A stretch of 39,906 nucleotides of DNA from the IMG/VR virus record IMGVR_UViG_3300030107_003716, positions 1 to 39,906 of that record. One strand, written 5' to 3'. A program made the position numbers and the translations under genes. Positions 1-7,688 of the stretch are shown here, in pieces; position 1 is the first letter of the stretch; every line of letters begins with the position of its first letter. The notes beneath the pieces were generated by a model. It was not told the origin of the DNA. It saw only the letters and a list, made by a program, of their open reading frames with translations, and searched no databases. This stretch comes from a virus (taxonomy: Duplodnaviria > Caudoviricetes).

Positions 1-69
1 AACCTAGTATTGAAATAGGTGATAATTATTGCTATAAACATCATATTTGGGAAGATGTGAGAAGGAAAA

Positions 70-402
70 GTGAGTGAGACAAGTAAACCTAAGACGGCAA
101 GGAGTTATCGAGCAACTGTCGTTGGTGACAATACTGTTGTTAGCATTAACCTTAAATGGGCTGGGCAGGTACTTATACTTGTGGCTGGACTTGTCTATTC
201 GTACTTACAAGTTGAAAACAGAATTAAAGAACTTGAGCGAAGAGTGGAACTTGCTGATACCGAAATTGAAGAACTTGTCAGTAAGCATATAGCAGAAGAA
301 GAAGTAAAGATAGCACAAATGGAAGAACAATTAGATTGGTATCAAAAAGAATTAAATTTAAATCCATTAAGTTGGGGTAAGAAAAAAAGGAAAAGAAAGT
401 GA
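70..402 (+). CDS. Membrane-anchored coiled-coil protein of the lysis region (spanin/holin-accessory-like); diverged copy of 39349..39693
   Basis: One hydrophobic segment (WAGQVLILVAGLVYSYL), then a coiled coil and a basic tail; clustered with the endolysin. Confidence 0.6.
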   Translation: MSETSKPKTARSYRATVVGDNTVVSINLKWAGQVLILVAGLVYSYLQVENRIKELERRVELADTEIEELVSKHIAEEEVKIAQMEEQLDWYQKELNLNPLSWGKKKRKRK

Positions 403-665
403 CTTCTGATATTATAACATTAATACAAGAATTAGGATTCCCAGTTGCAATTAGTATTGGATTGGGTTTCGCTTTATATAGTGTAGTAAGATTTATTTTA
501 AAAGAAAAAGTAGAAGATACTTTAAATAGATTCGATGAAAAACATGAAAATTTACAACATAGATTAGATATAATTATGGATGAGATGGGTAAACTAAAAA
601 AATGGAATGCAGAAATTAAATCTGATTTAAAAGTTTATATTGATTTAACAATGAGGAACAAGTAA
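399..665 (+). CDS. Putative holin-like membrane protein
   Basis: N-terminal TM helix (LGFPVAISIGLGFALYSVV) plus coiled coil; start overlaps the upstream stop. Confidence 0.55.
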   Translation: MTSDIITLIQELGFPVAISIGLGFALYSVVRFILKEKVEDTLNRFDEKHENLQHRLDIIMDEMGKLKKWNAEIKSDLKVYIDLTMRNK

Positions 666-760
666 TGCCGATGCCATTTCATTGTATTGAGTGCGATAAA
701 CCAATACAACAAGCATTAAATGGTATATGTGATGATTGCAAGGATGAACAAGACGAATGA
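665..760 (+). CDS. 31-aa zinc-ribbon microprotein (MPMPFHCIECDKPIQQALNGICDDCKDEQDE)
   Basis: Not in the ORF track; two CxxC motifs; coupled to both neighbours (TAATG, ATGA). Confidence 0.55.
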   Translation: MPMPFHCIECDKPIQQALNGICDDCKDEQDE

Positions 761-978
761 GCCAGGAAAGACATACAGAAATTATGCAACATCTTACACA
801 GTTAAGTGAAAGGCAGTTCACATTATTTAAATCGATGAGTAAAATCGAAAAGCATTTAGAAAAAATCAATGGTCGCATTGAAAATCATGAGAAGGACATA
901 ATCGTTATTGAAACCTATGGTGCTATAGGTTTAATAGCATTACCAATAATAATAAACCTAATCATGAGGATACTATAA
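757..978 (+). CDS. Coiled-coil protein with C-terminal TM helix (XhlA/holin-like)
   Basis: Heptad region followed by a hydrophobic C-terminus; lysis cluster. Confidence 0.5.
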   Translation: MSQERHTEIMQHLTQLSERQFTLFKSMSKIEKHLEKINGRIENHEKDIIVIETYGAIGLIALPIIINLIMRIL

Positions 979-1206
979 ATGGATATAAAATCAATGTTAA
1001 TGCAAGTAGCAGAAAACCAGGCAAGTGAAATGCAAAATGAAATTGCGGCTTGGTTACAAAGCGAAGAGTTCGAAGAAAAGTTAGCAAATGCATTAGACTC
1101 TAAAATCAACATACCTTTTGTCAAAGACGAAAAAGAAGCTGAGATATTTAGAGATTTTGTAGATGTCGTAACAGATATTGTCTCAGGTCTTATTGGCAGA
1201 AAATGA
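979..1206 (+). CDS. Hypothetical protein
   Basis: GAGGA RBS; tightly packed ORF. Confidence 0.65.
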   Translation: MDIKSMLMQVAENQASEMQNEIAAWLQSEEFEEKLANALDSKINIPFVKDEKEAEIFRDFVDVVTDIVSGLIGRK

Positions 1207-1685
1207 GTAAGGAACAAATAAAGGACCTTATTAAAACAACCCTGGAATCCTTGGGTTCAAAATACGCCAGTAATGATGCCATAAACCTGGTATTTTGGAC
1301 TGGGTGTGTTGAGTCTAGGTATGAATATATTAAGCAGTTAGGATGGGGACCAGCCAGGTCATTTTGGCAAGTGGAACCTAATACGGCTGTAGATAATATA
1401 AAGTCATACTTAAAATTTCGTAAATCACTTAAAAAGAAGTGTGCAGAAATTACTCTTACGGACCCAAAAATATGGGATTCAGATGACACATCATTATGGT
1501 CCTGGGTACTAGAACATAATATGGCCGCTAGTGTGATTCATTGTCGCTTAAAATACTGGCGGTCACCAAAGCGTATGCCAGATAATATTGATGATGCCGC
1601 AAAGATGTGGAAAGAAGTATATAATAGTAGCGAAGGTGCTGGGACCATTAATAAATTTAAGAAGTTGGTTCATCACATGGACTAG
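1203..1685 (+). CDS. Putative endolysin (lysozyme-like fold)
   Basis: GCVES (catalytic Glu-Ser), GPARSFWQVEP and WKEVYNS motifs typical of phage lysozyme-like proteins; last gene of the membrane-protein cluster. Confidence 0.65.
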   Translation: MSKEQIKDLIKTTLESLGSKYASNDAINLVFWTGCVESRYEYIKQLGWGPARSFWQVEPNTAVDNIKSYLKFRKSLKKKCAEITLTDPKIWDSDDTSLWSWVLEHNMAASVIHCRLKYWRSPKRMPDNIDDAAKMWKEVYNSSEGAGTINKFKKLVHHMD

Positions 1686-1722
1686 GCCCTGGTTAAACCG
1701 TCCTTTCGCTGGGGCCTTTTTT
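1684..1722 (+). terminator. Rho-independent terminator after the endolysin
   Basis: AGGCCCTGG...CTGGGGCC stem followed by a T tract. Confidence 0.6.
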
Positions 1723-1724
1723 AT

Positions 1725-1746
1725 TTTGTGCCCACTTTGTGCCCAC
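1725..1746 (+). repeat. Tandem 11-bp repeat (TTTGTGCCCAC x2), left arm-type integrase site of attP
   Basis: Exact tandem repeat about 85 bp left of the att core; a matching pair lies at 1950..1971. Confidence 0.7.
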
Positions 1747-1831
1747 TCCAGAGACAAAACTATACCATATGAAGGTATGTAATCCCAAGCTTTATAGAGG
1801 AGAGTCCGCTTTTTAGAGGAGGGAGTATCTA

Positions 1832-1890
1832 CCTGCTAAGCGGGTATACGGTTTAGAGCCGTATCGAGGGTTCGAATCCCTCTCTCTCCA
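1832..1890 (+). mobile_element. attP core: 3' half of tRNA-Ser(GCT)
   Basis: Anticodon loop CTGCTAA, 3' anticodon strand GCGGG, long variable arm ATACGG/CCGTAT, T arm GAGGG-TTCGAAT-CCCTC and acceptor strand TCTCTCC. No matching 5' anticodon strand or D arm. The genome encodes a tyrosine integrase. Confidence 0.85.
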
Positions 1891-1902
1891 CGAGAAATCA
1901 AT

Positions 1903-1933
1903 AAAAAAGGGTCTAAATAATTAGGCCCTTTTT
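1903..1933. terminator. Bidirectional terminator between the att tRNA fragment and the repressor
   Basis: AAAAAAGGGTCTAA-ATAA-TTAGGCCCTTTTT. Confidence 0.75.
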
Positions 1934-1949
1934 AGTTTATTGGATTTGC

Positions 1950-1971
1950 TTTGTGCCCAATTTGTGCCCAC
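1950..1971 (+). repeat. Tandem 11-bp repeat (TTTGTGCCCAA TTTGTGCCCAC), right arm-type site of attP
   Basis: Same motif and orientation as 1725..1746. Confidence 0.7.
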
Positions 1972-1976
1972 TTGAA

Positions 1977-2300
1977 CTAGGATTTTCCAGTTATAGCTTT
2001 TTGTAATTGTTTTATTTTATACTTTTGTAATTCAATAATATATTTCAAATCAATAATATGATTACTTTGAGGTTCTTCTTGTTTTTGATTACTTAAAACA
2101 AATAAAGAACAGTATAATTTTTGTTCATTGCAATATTCTTTTATTTTTTGAATAACATCAACACCAGGCTTCATAATATTATTTTCATATTTATAAATTG
2201 AACCAGGGCTAATATTTAATATTTTGGCTAAGGCTTTTTGTGAAAGATTAGTCTCTACTCTGATAATCTGAAACAATAAACTATAATTTATTGTTTTCAT
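1977..2300 (-). CDS. XRE-family HTH repressor
   Basis: LSQKALAKILNISPGSIYKYENN..KP HTH signature; divergent from the excisionase-like gene. Confidence 0.85.
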   Translation of the reverse strand: MKTINYSLLFQIIRVETNLSQKALAKILNISPGSIYKYENNIMKPGVDVIQKIKEYCNEQKLYCSLFVLSNQKQEEPQSNHIIDLKYIIELQKYKIKQLQKAITGKS

Positions 2301-2424
2301 TACTACTGCCTTTCGAAGTCACTTAATGACTTCTGGTAAAACCCATTAAAGGGTTACTTAATATACCTTATTATACCATATAGTACCTCACAATACAAGT
2401 TATATATATTTTTATATTTTTATA

Positions 2425-2454
2425 TTGACTCACTTATAAATGTTATAATATAAT
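2425..2454 (+). promoter_or_regulatory. Putative sigma70 early promoter in the switch region
   Basis: TTGACT-18 nt-TATAAT; inverted repeat TATACTAT-AGA-ATAGTATA just downstream (about 2467..2485); the region is very AT-rich, so chance matches are possible. Confidence 0.45.
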
Positions 2455-2524
2455 CTAGTAGTATTTATATACTATAGAATAGTATAATAGGTATTGATTA
2501 ACCACATAATCAAAGGTAAGGTAA

Positions 2525-2719
2525 ATGAAGCAAAGAAGAAAATCCGAATTTTACAGCATCCGAGATATCTCCGAAATTTTAAATGTAGACTATAAAGTAG
2601 TATACCACAAGGTCACACTTGGAGAAATACCCAGTTTAAGATTAAGTAATAAACTTATTAGAATTAAAAAGACTGATTTCGAATCCTGGCTAGAATCAAA
2701 AGAGGTAATCCATGGGTAA
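2525..2719 (+). CDS. Excisionase-like HTH DNA-binding protein (HTH_17/MerR-like)
   Basis: YSIRDISEILNV...GEIPSLRL...IRIKKTDFESWL pattern. Confidence 0.8.
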   Translation: MKQRRKSEFYSIRDISEILNVDYKVVYHKVTLGEIPSLRLSNKLIRIKKTDFESWLESKEVIHG

Positions 2720-3572
2720 GGTAGATTTTAATAAGGGTGTTGAAATTAAAAGATTTGCAACTGAGGGCGGCAGATTCTACGGACCTACAGATTTAGATGT
2801 ATTTAATCAATATGAAAATCCATTAAAACCATCCTGGACCAATGTGGCTAGTGTGGAATCATCACCTGGATTATCTAATTGGTATAAGGAAAAAGGTAAG
2901 TGGGCAGATATTGATGGTCCCGTAACCGCTATCAAGGGTAGTCATATACATACTCATGTAGATTTTATGAATGATGGTGCTGAGATAACCACAGATAATA
3001 TTGTCGAAAGTCTTGATAATGAAGCTGACATTAGATGGAAGTTAGTATACCATAATAAATGGGCACTAATTGAAGAGATTAAAAAAGCATTAATGGAATA
3101 TCAGTTATGGTATGAGGAACATCAGCCAACCCTTTTAAAATCTGAAATAATGTTATGGCATCCAGATGTGCCTTACGCTGGTACTGCTGATATGATTTTA
3201 AAGATACATAACAAAAGGCAAGGCCAGGATATTTTAATGGTCGCTGATTTAAAAACGGGTAATGAAAATGATAAGCATTTTGTCCAGTGTATGGCCTATG
3301 CTATTCTACTAGAAAAGATATATGGATTAAAAGTTGGTGCTGTAGGGACCCTATATTGCAAAGGTCGATGGCGTGACCAACCTAAGCCAGGTAAAATGAA
3401 AGTGAAGGTCATACGAAATAAAGCTGGGGAATTCACAGATGATGCACAATTTTTAATGAATCGTGTTGTGAAGCTATATGAGTTATGGGAATCAAATCAG
3501 ACATACTCCCAACCAAAGATGAAGCCTAAGCTACCTAACAAATTTTCTTTAAACATAAAAAAAGGAGCCTAG
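2712..3572 (+). CDS. PD-(D/E)xK exonuclease (RecB/Cas4-like phage recombination nuclease)
   Basis: GSHIH, YAGTAD, DLKTG and QCMAY motifs. Confidence 0.8.
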   Translation: MGKVDFNKGVEIKRFATEGGRFYGPTDLDVFNQYENPLKPSWTNVASVESSPGLSNWYKEKGKWADIDGPVTAIKGSHIHTHVDFMNDGAEITTDNIVESLDNEADIRWKLVYHNKWALIEEIKKALMEYQLWYEEHQPTLLKSEIMLWHPDVPYAGTADMILKIHNKRQGQDILMVADLKTGNENDKHFVQCMAYAILLEKIYGLKVGAVGTLYCKGRWRDQPKPGKMKVKVIRNKAGEFTDDAQFLMNRVVKLYELWESNQTYSQPKMKPKLPNKFSLNIKKGA

Positions 3573-3575
3573 ATA

Positions 3576-3857
3576 ATGGCATCATATCAAGATAAGTACC
3601 AGGGAAAGCTATGGCCTAATGATGAGAAAAAAAGTCCATCAGACCCTGATTTTAAAGGAACCTTAAATACTGTTGAGGACCTTGCAAAAGTGTCCAAGAT
3701 GGTAGATGGGAAAAAGCAAATTGATTATTCAGCTATCCCTAGTGATAAAAAGCTGTCTATCAGTCTGTGGAAGAACCAAGGTAAGGATGGTAAGCCAACG
3801 CTTAACATCAAGATTGCTAAAAAAGTTGAGGACGGTGGGGACGATTTCCCTTTCTAA
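3576..3857 (+). CDS. Putative single-stranded DNA-binding protein (DUF736-like)
   Basis: PDFKG and SISLWKN motifs; acidic C-terminus ending DDFPF; follows the exonuclease. Confidence 0.65.
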   Translation: MASYQDKYQGKLWPNDEKKSPSDPDFKGTLNTVEDLAKVSKMVDGKKQIDYSAIPSDKKLSISLWKNQGKDGKPTLNIKIAKKVEDGGDDFPF

Positions 3858-3866
3858 CTAATAGCG

Positions 3867-4142
3867 ATGATTACCGAATTCGACATGGTCTTTGATAAAA
3901 TCTGTGAGGATGTATTTCCTAAGCTGAACAGCTATATACATGAGGAACATTTAGTAGATGAAGGCCATGTCGATATTCATGAGATAAAATCTTTTTTAAC
4001 CGATGAGGAAGGGTACGATACTGATATGACTCACCGTATTTGGGATAGTTATCAAATCAGTAACCACTTTAAAAAATTGCTCCATAGGGAGACAGATACT
4101 TTACCCCTTTCCCATACCAGAGAAAATAAAGTATCTGTATAA
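3867..4142 (+). CDS. Hypothetical protein
   Basis: ORF within the early operon. Confidence 0.55.
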   Translation: MITEFDMVFDKICEDVFPKLNSYIHEEHLVDEGHVDIHEIKSFLTDEEGYDTDMTHRIWDSYQISNHFKKLLHRETDTLPLSHTRENKVSV

Positions 4143-4218
4143 GGGGGTGTGATGGTCTTGTTTGAATTGTCCTTCTTGTTTGTCATCACATCCCCACACC
4201 AAACCACCCACATACCAT

Positions 4219-4650
4219 ATGCCAGAAATAAAATTAAACTTATCCGCAGACCAGATTGAGAATTTATTAACTCAATTACGCTACGGGAATAATAAACCAC
4301 AGAATTTTGATATAGACCTTTTACGGGGTCTAAATGGTGAGGTCGAAGCTTTAGATGTCTTAACGGGTAAACTAGAGGTTAAGACTGATTTTAGAGCGTA
4401 TAAGACTGGTAACCTGGCTATAGAAATAGAATGCCGTGGTAAGGCTAGTGGTATACAGACCAGTGAAGCTGACTGGTGGTTATTTAATATTCGCATCCCC
4501 AAGCGAGAGCCGCTTATGTTGATTATATCACTTGAGCGGCTCAAAAAGTTAGCTAGTAGACATCTACATATGAATCATGTTGTTATGGGTGGTGATGGTA
4601 AGGCCAGTAAGCTGGTCATCATTCCCGTATCTGAGGTTATTTGTGGATAA
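4219..4650 (+). CDS. Restriction-endonuclease-fold phage protein
   Basis: GE...EVKTD...TGNLAIE...SGI..SEADWW motif; likely start is ATG 4219 rather than 4162. Confidence 0.65.
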   Translation: MPEIKLNLSADQIENLLTQLRYGNNKPQNFDIDLLRGLNGEVEALDVLTGKLEVKTDFRAYKTGNLAIEIECRGKASGIQTSEADWWLFNIRIPKREPLMLIISLERLKKLASRHLHMNHVVMGGDGKASKLVIIPVSEVICG

Positions 4651-4657
4651 GGGTGTT

Positions 4658-5716
4658 ATGATACCAGAAGAGTTCTTAAATGGACCATTATGGAACAATG
4701 ATAAACCTTACAGCGAAGCCCAGGCTTATATACAATTTATGGTATGGGCTAATCAAATGGGGGGTGTTACCAAGTTCATTAATGGCAATATGATAACACT
4801 AAAACCTGGTGAATTCATTATGTCTCAGCGGAAGATAGCTGAATCACTAAATTGGACCCAGTCTACCGTCAATAGATTCCTTAAAAAACTTGTTACCTTG
4901 AATCAATGTTGCATCAACAATGAATCAAGAATGACTCGCATATCCCTTCTCATAAAAGAGCCTGAACCTGAATCAATAATGAATCAAGAGCCTAAAAAAG
5001 AAGATACTTTGTTTGATAACTTTATTGGGGGGCGTACTAATAGTACTAATAGTAGTAATAATTATAATATTATATATAATAATACTAGTACTAATAATAA
5101 TACAATACCTAATAATAATATTTTATCAAAAGATGATAAAAAACATTCTACTATTAAGGTTGGTAGGGGTAAGTCTGTTAAATATGTAGCTAAACCAAAA
5201 GACTTACAAATGGTAAAAGATTACTTCAAGGAAAAGGGATTAGAAGAATCTGAAGCTGTACGCTTTTATAGTCATTATGAATCTGTTGGATGGTATCGAG
5301 GTAAGACCAAAATAAAGAAATGGCGTATGGCTGTCAGTACCTGGCAAAAGAATATGTGGGAGAAACCAGCCGAGAAAAAGAAGCGGATTACCAGCGAGTA
5401 TAAATTAACACCTAGCGGTCAGTATCTTGTTTACTGTACCAATTCTAAATGTAAAGAGTATGGTTCATCATGCTTTGCAAAGAATGAATGGGATATACAA
5501 AAAGGCTGTTACCATTGTAGCAGTGATGTAACCCCCAAGAATCCTAAACCTAGTAAACCAATCAATAAGGAATTATATGAGCAAAAAAAAGAACCCCAAG
5601 AATATCAGAAGGGGCCGAAGGAACCGTCAACGGGGAGCAGAACTGCAACGGGAGACAGTGAACACATTTCGGACATATTCAGTGGAATGTTTCAATCGGG
5701 ACCGAGGGGGAGCTAA
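4658..5716 (+). CDS. Phage replication initiator / replisome organiser
   Basis: N-terminal HTH (SQRKIAESLNWTQSTVNRFLKKL), Asn-rich linker, FYSHYESVGW...KWRMAVSTW domain and a C-terminal Cys cluster; start taken at ATG 4658. Confidence 0.75.
   Translation: MIPEEFLNGPLWNNDKPYSEAQAYIQFMVWANQMGGVTKFINGNMITLKPGEFIMSQRKIAESLNWTQSTVNRFLKKLVTLNQCCINNESRMTRISLLIKEPEPESIMNQEPKKEDTLFDNFIGGRTNSTNSSNNYNIIYNNTSTNNNTIPNNNILSKDDKKHSTIKVGRGKSVKYVAKPKDLQMVKDYFKEKGLEESEAVRFYSHYESVGWYRGKTKIKKWRMAVSTWQKNMWEKPAEKKKRITSEYKLTPSGQYLVYCTNSKCKEYGSSCFAKNEWDIQKGCYHCSSDVTPKNPKPSKPINKELYEQKKEPQEYQKGPKEPSTGSRTATGDSEHISDIFSGMFQSGPRGS
4840..5125. other. Putative replication origin inside the initiator gene
   Basis: TGAATCA(A) repeats at about 4840, 4899, 4921, 4969 and 4980, followed by a very AT-rich tract (about 5035..5125); lambdoid ori layout. 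Confidence 0.6.
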
Positions 5717-5969
5717 TCATGAGAAAGGTGATGTTGAGGTTGCTGGTGTGTGGCTTGGTTGTAAAAGACGTTCTAGGGTACCCAGTTGGCTGGTGCCTGA
5801 GAAGACTGAGTTCGGTGTGGTATATCGTGGTGACCGAATGCCGCCTTTTATATCGTTACCACTGGGACCGTTTGCAAGATTAATTAGTGAAGCAATTGGA
5901 AAGGATATCGATGTCGAAGAAATCTTGGAATATCGGGTGGGTCCTGGAACAAATCGAGAAGAGTCGTAA
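5577..5969 (+). CDS. Holliday-junction-resolvase-like PD-(D/E)xK protein
   Basis: RQRGAELQRE...KGD...LGCKRR pattern; overlaps the 3' end of the initiator gene by 140 nt. Confidence 0.55.
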   Translation: MSKKKNPKNIRRGRRNRQRGAELQRETVNTFRTYSVECFNRDRGGANHEKGDVEVAGVWLGCKRRSRVPSWLVPEKTEFGVVYRGDRMPPFISLPLGPFARLISEAIGKDIDVEEILEYRVGPGTNREES

Positions 5970-6180
5970 GTATCCTGATAAATATATTAGAAAGAAAAAT
6001 TTTATCAATGAGAAAACATTGTACGCTTGTCCTAAGTGTAGATGTGCATGGGAGATTATTAAAAGGCCCAATAGCATTGAAATATATGAGGACTTTCCCA
6101 GCCTGGGATTAAAGAAGCGTATTTGTAATAAATGTGAGGAATTATGCCGAATAGAGAAGCAAAAAGAAGAAAACAATTAA
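5911..6180 (+). CDS. Zinc-finger hypothetical protein
   Basis: CPKC and CNKC motifs; start taken at ATG 5911 after AAGGA. Confidence 0.55.
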   Translation: MSKKSWNIGWVLEQIEKSRKYPDKYIRKKNFINEKTLYACPKCRCAWEIIKRPNSIEIYEDFPSLGLKKRICNKCEELCRIEKQKEENN

Positions 6181-6249
6181 AGCGACAGAAGAATTTAGAG
6201 AATAGCAAACTGGGTAGAACCAGGAAACAAAGAGATAGGAAGCGGAAAA

Positions 6250-6651
6250 ATGTCAAAGAAAAAACCATTTACAGTCCACATCGGTGAGGTAGGAGTACAC
6301 GCTGTTTTGAAAGATATATTATCTAATTATGATTATCAAATATTTAAGCCCGTAGTAGATGAAAGGGGATGTGACCTTATTGTAGAAAGAAGAAAGAAAG
6401 AATTTTTACGGGTCCAGGTAAAGACCATTACAGATATGAAAACAGAAACAGCTATTGAAGTTCGTTTGCATAAATATGTAAAGAAGGACCTTATTGATAT
6501 TGTTGCTGTGTACTACATAGAAAAAGATATTATTGCTTATGTACCTTACAATAATGAAGCCAGTATCAACTTGGCTTTAAAGCCTAGTAAGAATAATCAG
6601 CATAAAAATAGAAAGTTTTTTTATCAATATATGGAGTTCCCAATCGTATGA
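6250..6651 (+). CDS. PD-(D/E)xK endonuclease (PD-(D/E)XK_5 / homing-type)
   Basis: IGE...GCDLIVE...RVQVKT...IDIVAVY. Confidence 0.7.
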   Translation: MSKKKPFTVHIGEVGVHAVLKDILSNYDYQIFKPVVDERGCDLIVERRKKEFLRVQVKTITDMKTETAIEVRLHKYVKKDLIDIVAVYYIEKDIIAYVPYNNEASINLALKPSKNNQHKNRKFFYQYMEFPIV

Positions 6652-6782
6652 ATACAAGTTTAATCACCTTAGTAAAGTTCTATCGCAAATTAATGAATGA
6701 TGGTGTTTTTAAGTATGGCAGTGCCGCCCATCAAAGATTGCTAGAACTGCAAATGAAATTAAGTAAGCAAAGAGGATACTAA
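6648..6782 (+). CDS. 44-aa hypothetical protein
   Basis: ATGA overlap with the upstream stop; GGAG upstream; fills the gap. Confidence 0.45.
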   Translation: MNTSLITLVKFYRKLMNDGVFKYGSAAHQRLLELQMKLSKQRGY

Positions 6783-6785
6783 TCA

Positions 6786-7142
6786 ATGAGACTAGAAGAT
6801 TATAATAAGCTTATCCAGGATTTTAGGGATAGGGCTGATGCTATGGCAAATATGAAAAGAATTGAATATACAGAGTCCAGGGGGGACGAAGATGTACTAG
6901 AGAACTTTAAAGCTACTGGTAAAGATTTGAATCTGGACCCATTGAAAGTCTTAGGTATCTTTATGAAAAAGCACTGGTCCAGCATTATCAATTATATCAA
7001 GACTGGTAAGGTCTACAGCGATGAGAAAATTGAAGGTCGGATAATGGACCTTATTCAATACCTGGAATTAACCTATGCTTGTATTGAAGAAAAGCGTGTA
7101 AAGGAATCTAACAGAGGAATTCAAAACGACCAGGAGTGTTAA
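6786..7142 (+). CDS. Nucleotide-modification-associated / DUF1599-like helical protein
   Basis: KRIEY....D.LENFK...FMKKH...RIMDLIQY pattern (MazG-like all-alpha superfamily). Confidence 0.5.
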   Translation: MRLEDYNKLIQDFRDRADAMANMKRIEYTESRGDEDVLENFKATGKDLNLDPLKVLGIFMKKHWSSIINYIKTGKVYSDEKIEGRIMDLIQYLELTYACIEEKRVKESNRGIQNDQEC

Positions 7143-7143
7143 T

Positions 7144-7284
7144 ATGATTATGTTCATCATTATAACTATTTTATTTGTTATCCTTGGAATGTACATCATT
7201 GCATTGATGTATGAAGATAGGAAGTTCTATAATAGGGTTAAAAGGCGTAATGAATTGATTAAGCGATACACTAGTGAGGATTAA
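7144..7284 (+). CDS. 46-aa single-TM membrane protein
   Basis: AGGAG RBS; hydrophobic N-terminus and basic tail. Confidence 0.5.
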   Translation: MIMFIIITILFVILGMYIIALMYEDRKFYNRVKRRNELIKRYTSED

Positions 7285-7285
7285 C

Positions 7286-7312
7286 AAAAAAGGCCCAATT
7301 AAGGGCCTTTTT
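7286..7312. terminator. Bidirectional terminator between convergent operons
   Basis: AAAAAAGGCCC-AATTAA-GGGCCTTTTT. Confidence 0.85.
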
Positions 7313-7336
7313 CTTACTAGGGGATGGGCGTACTCT

Positions 7337-7462
7337 TTATTTTTTTATAAACCAAGTCCATCTATCTTTAGGGAATCCCTTATGATATTCTAACATCTCT
7401 TTAAAATCTGTCCATTCAAGCCGTGTTCCCCCAATATCCCTAGATACATATATTACTTTCAT
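7337..7462 (-). CDS. 41-aa hypothetical protein
   Basis: TAATG coupling to the upstream gene; ends just before the terminator. Confidence 0.45.
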   Translation of the reverse strand: MKVIYVSRDIGGTRLEWTDFKEMLEYHKGFPKDRWTWFIKK

Positions 7463-7686
7463 TACTCACCACCTTCCTGGACCAATTCACTATTAACATG
7501 ATTGTGACAATCCTGGCTAATCTGTTCTAGGTTATCTGTAAAATACTTTTCAAATACCTCACCAAGTAAATGTCCAGGTTGTTTATCCTGGGCCTTAGCA
7601 TGGATACTAAAAGCATTCCATTTTGTTTCAATTGACTTTGCATATATGCGGACCATTTTACCGCCTTTTATTTTTACCACTATCAT
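7462..7686 (-). CDS. Hypothetical protein (possibly ribbon-helix-helix-like)
   Basis: AAAGGAC..ATAATCATG RBS shared with the other operon genes; directly after the integrase. Confidence 0.6.
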   Translation of the reverse strand: MIVVKIKGGKMVRIYAKSIETKWNAFSIHAKAQDKQPGHLLGEVFEKYFTDNLEQISQDCHNHVNSELVQEGGE

Positions 7687-7688
7687 GA

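Noticed and set aside
1799-1893. Possible intact tRNA-Ser(GCT), since GGAGAG at 1799 could pair with TCTCTCC
   Set aside because: No D arm consensus, and the 5' anticodon strand (TCTAC) does not pair properly with GCGGG; better explained as an attP fragment
2712-3572. Cas4 indicating a CRISPR system
   Set aside because: No Fe-S cysteine cluster, array or other cas genes; ordinary phage exonuclease context next to an SSB
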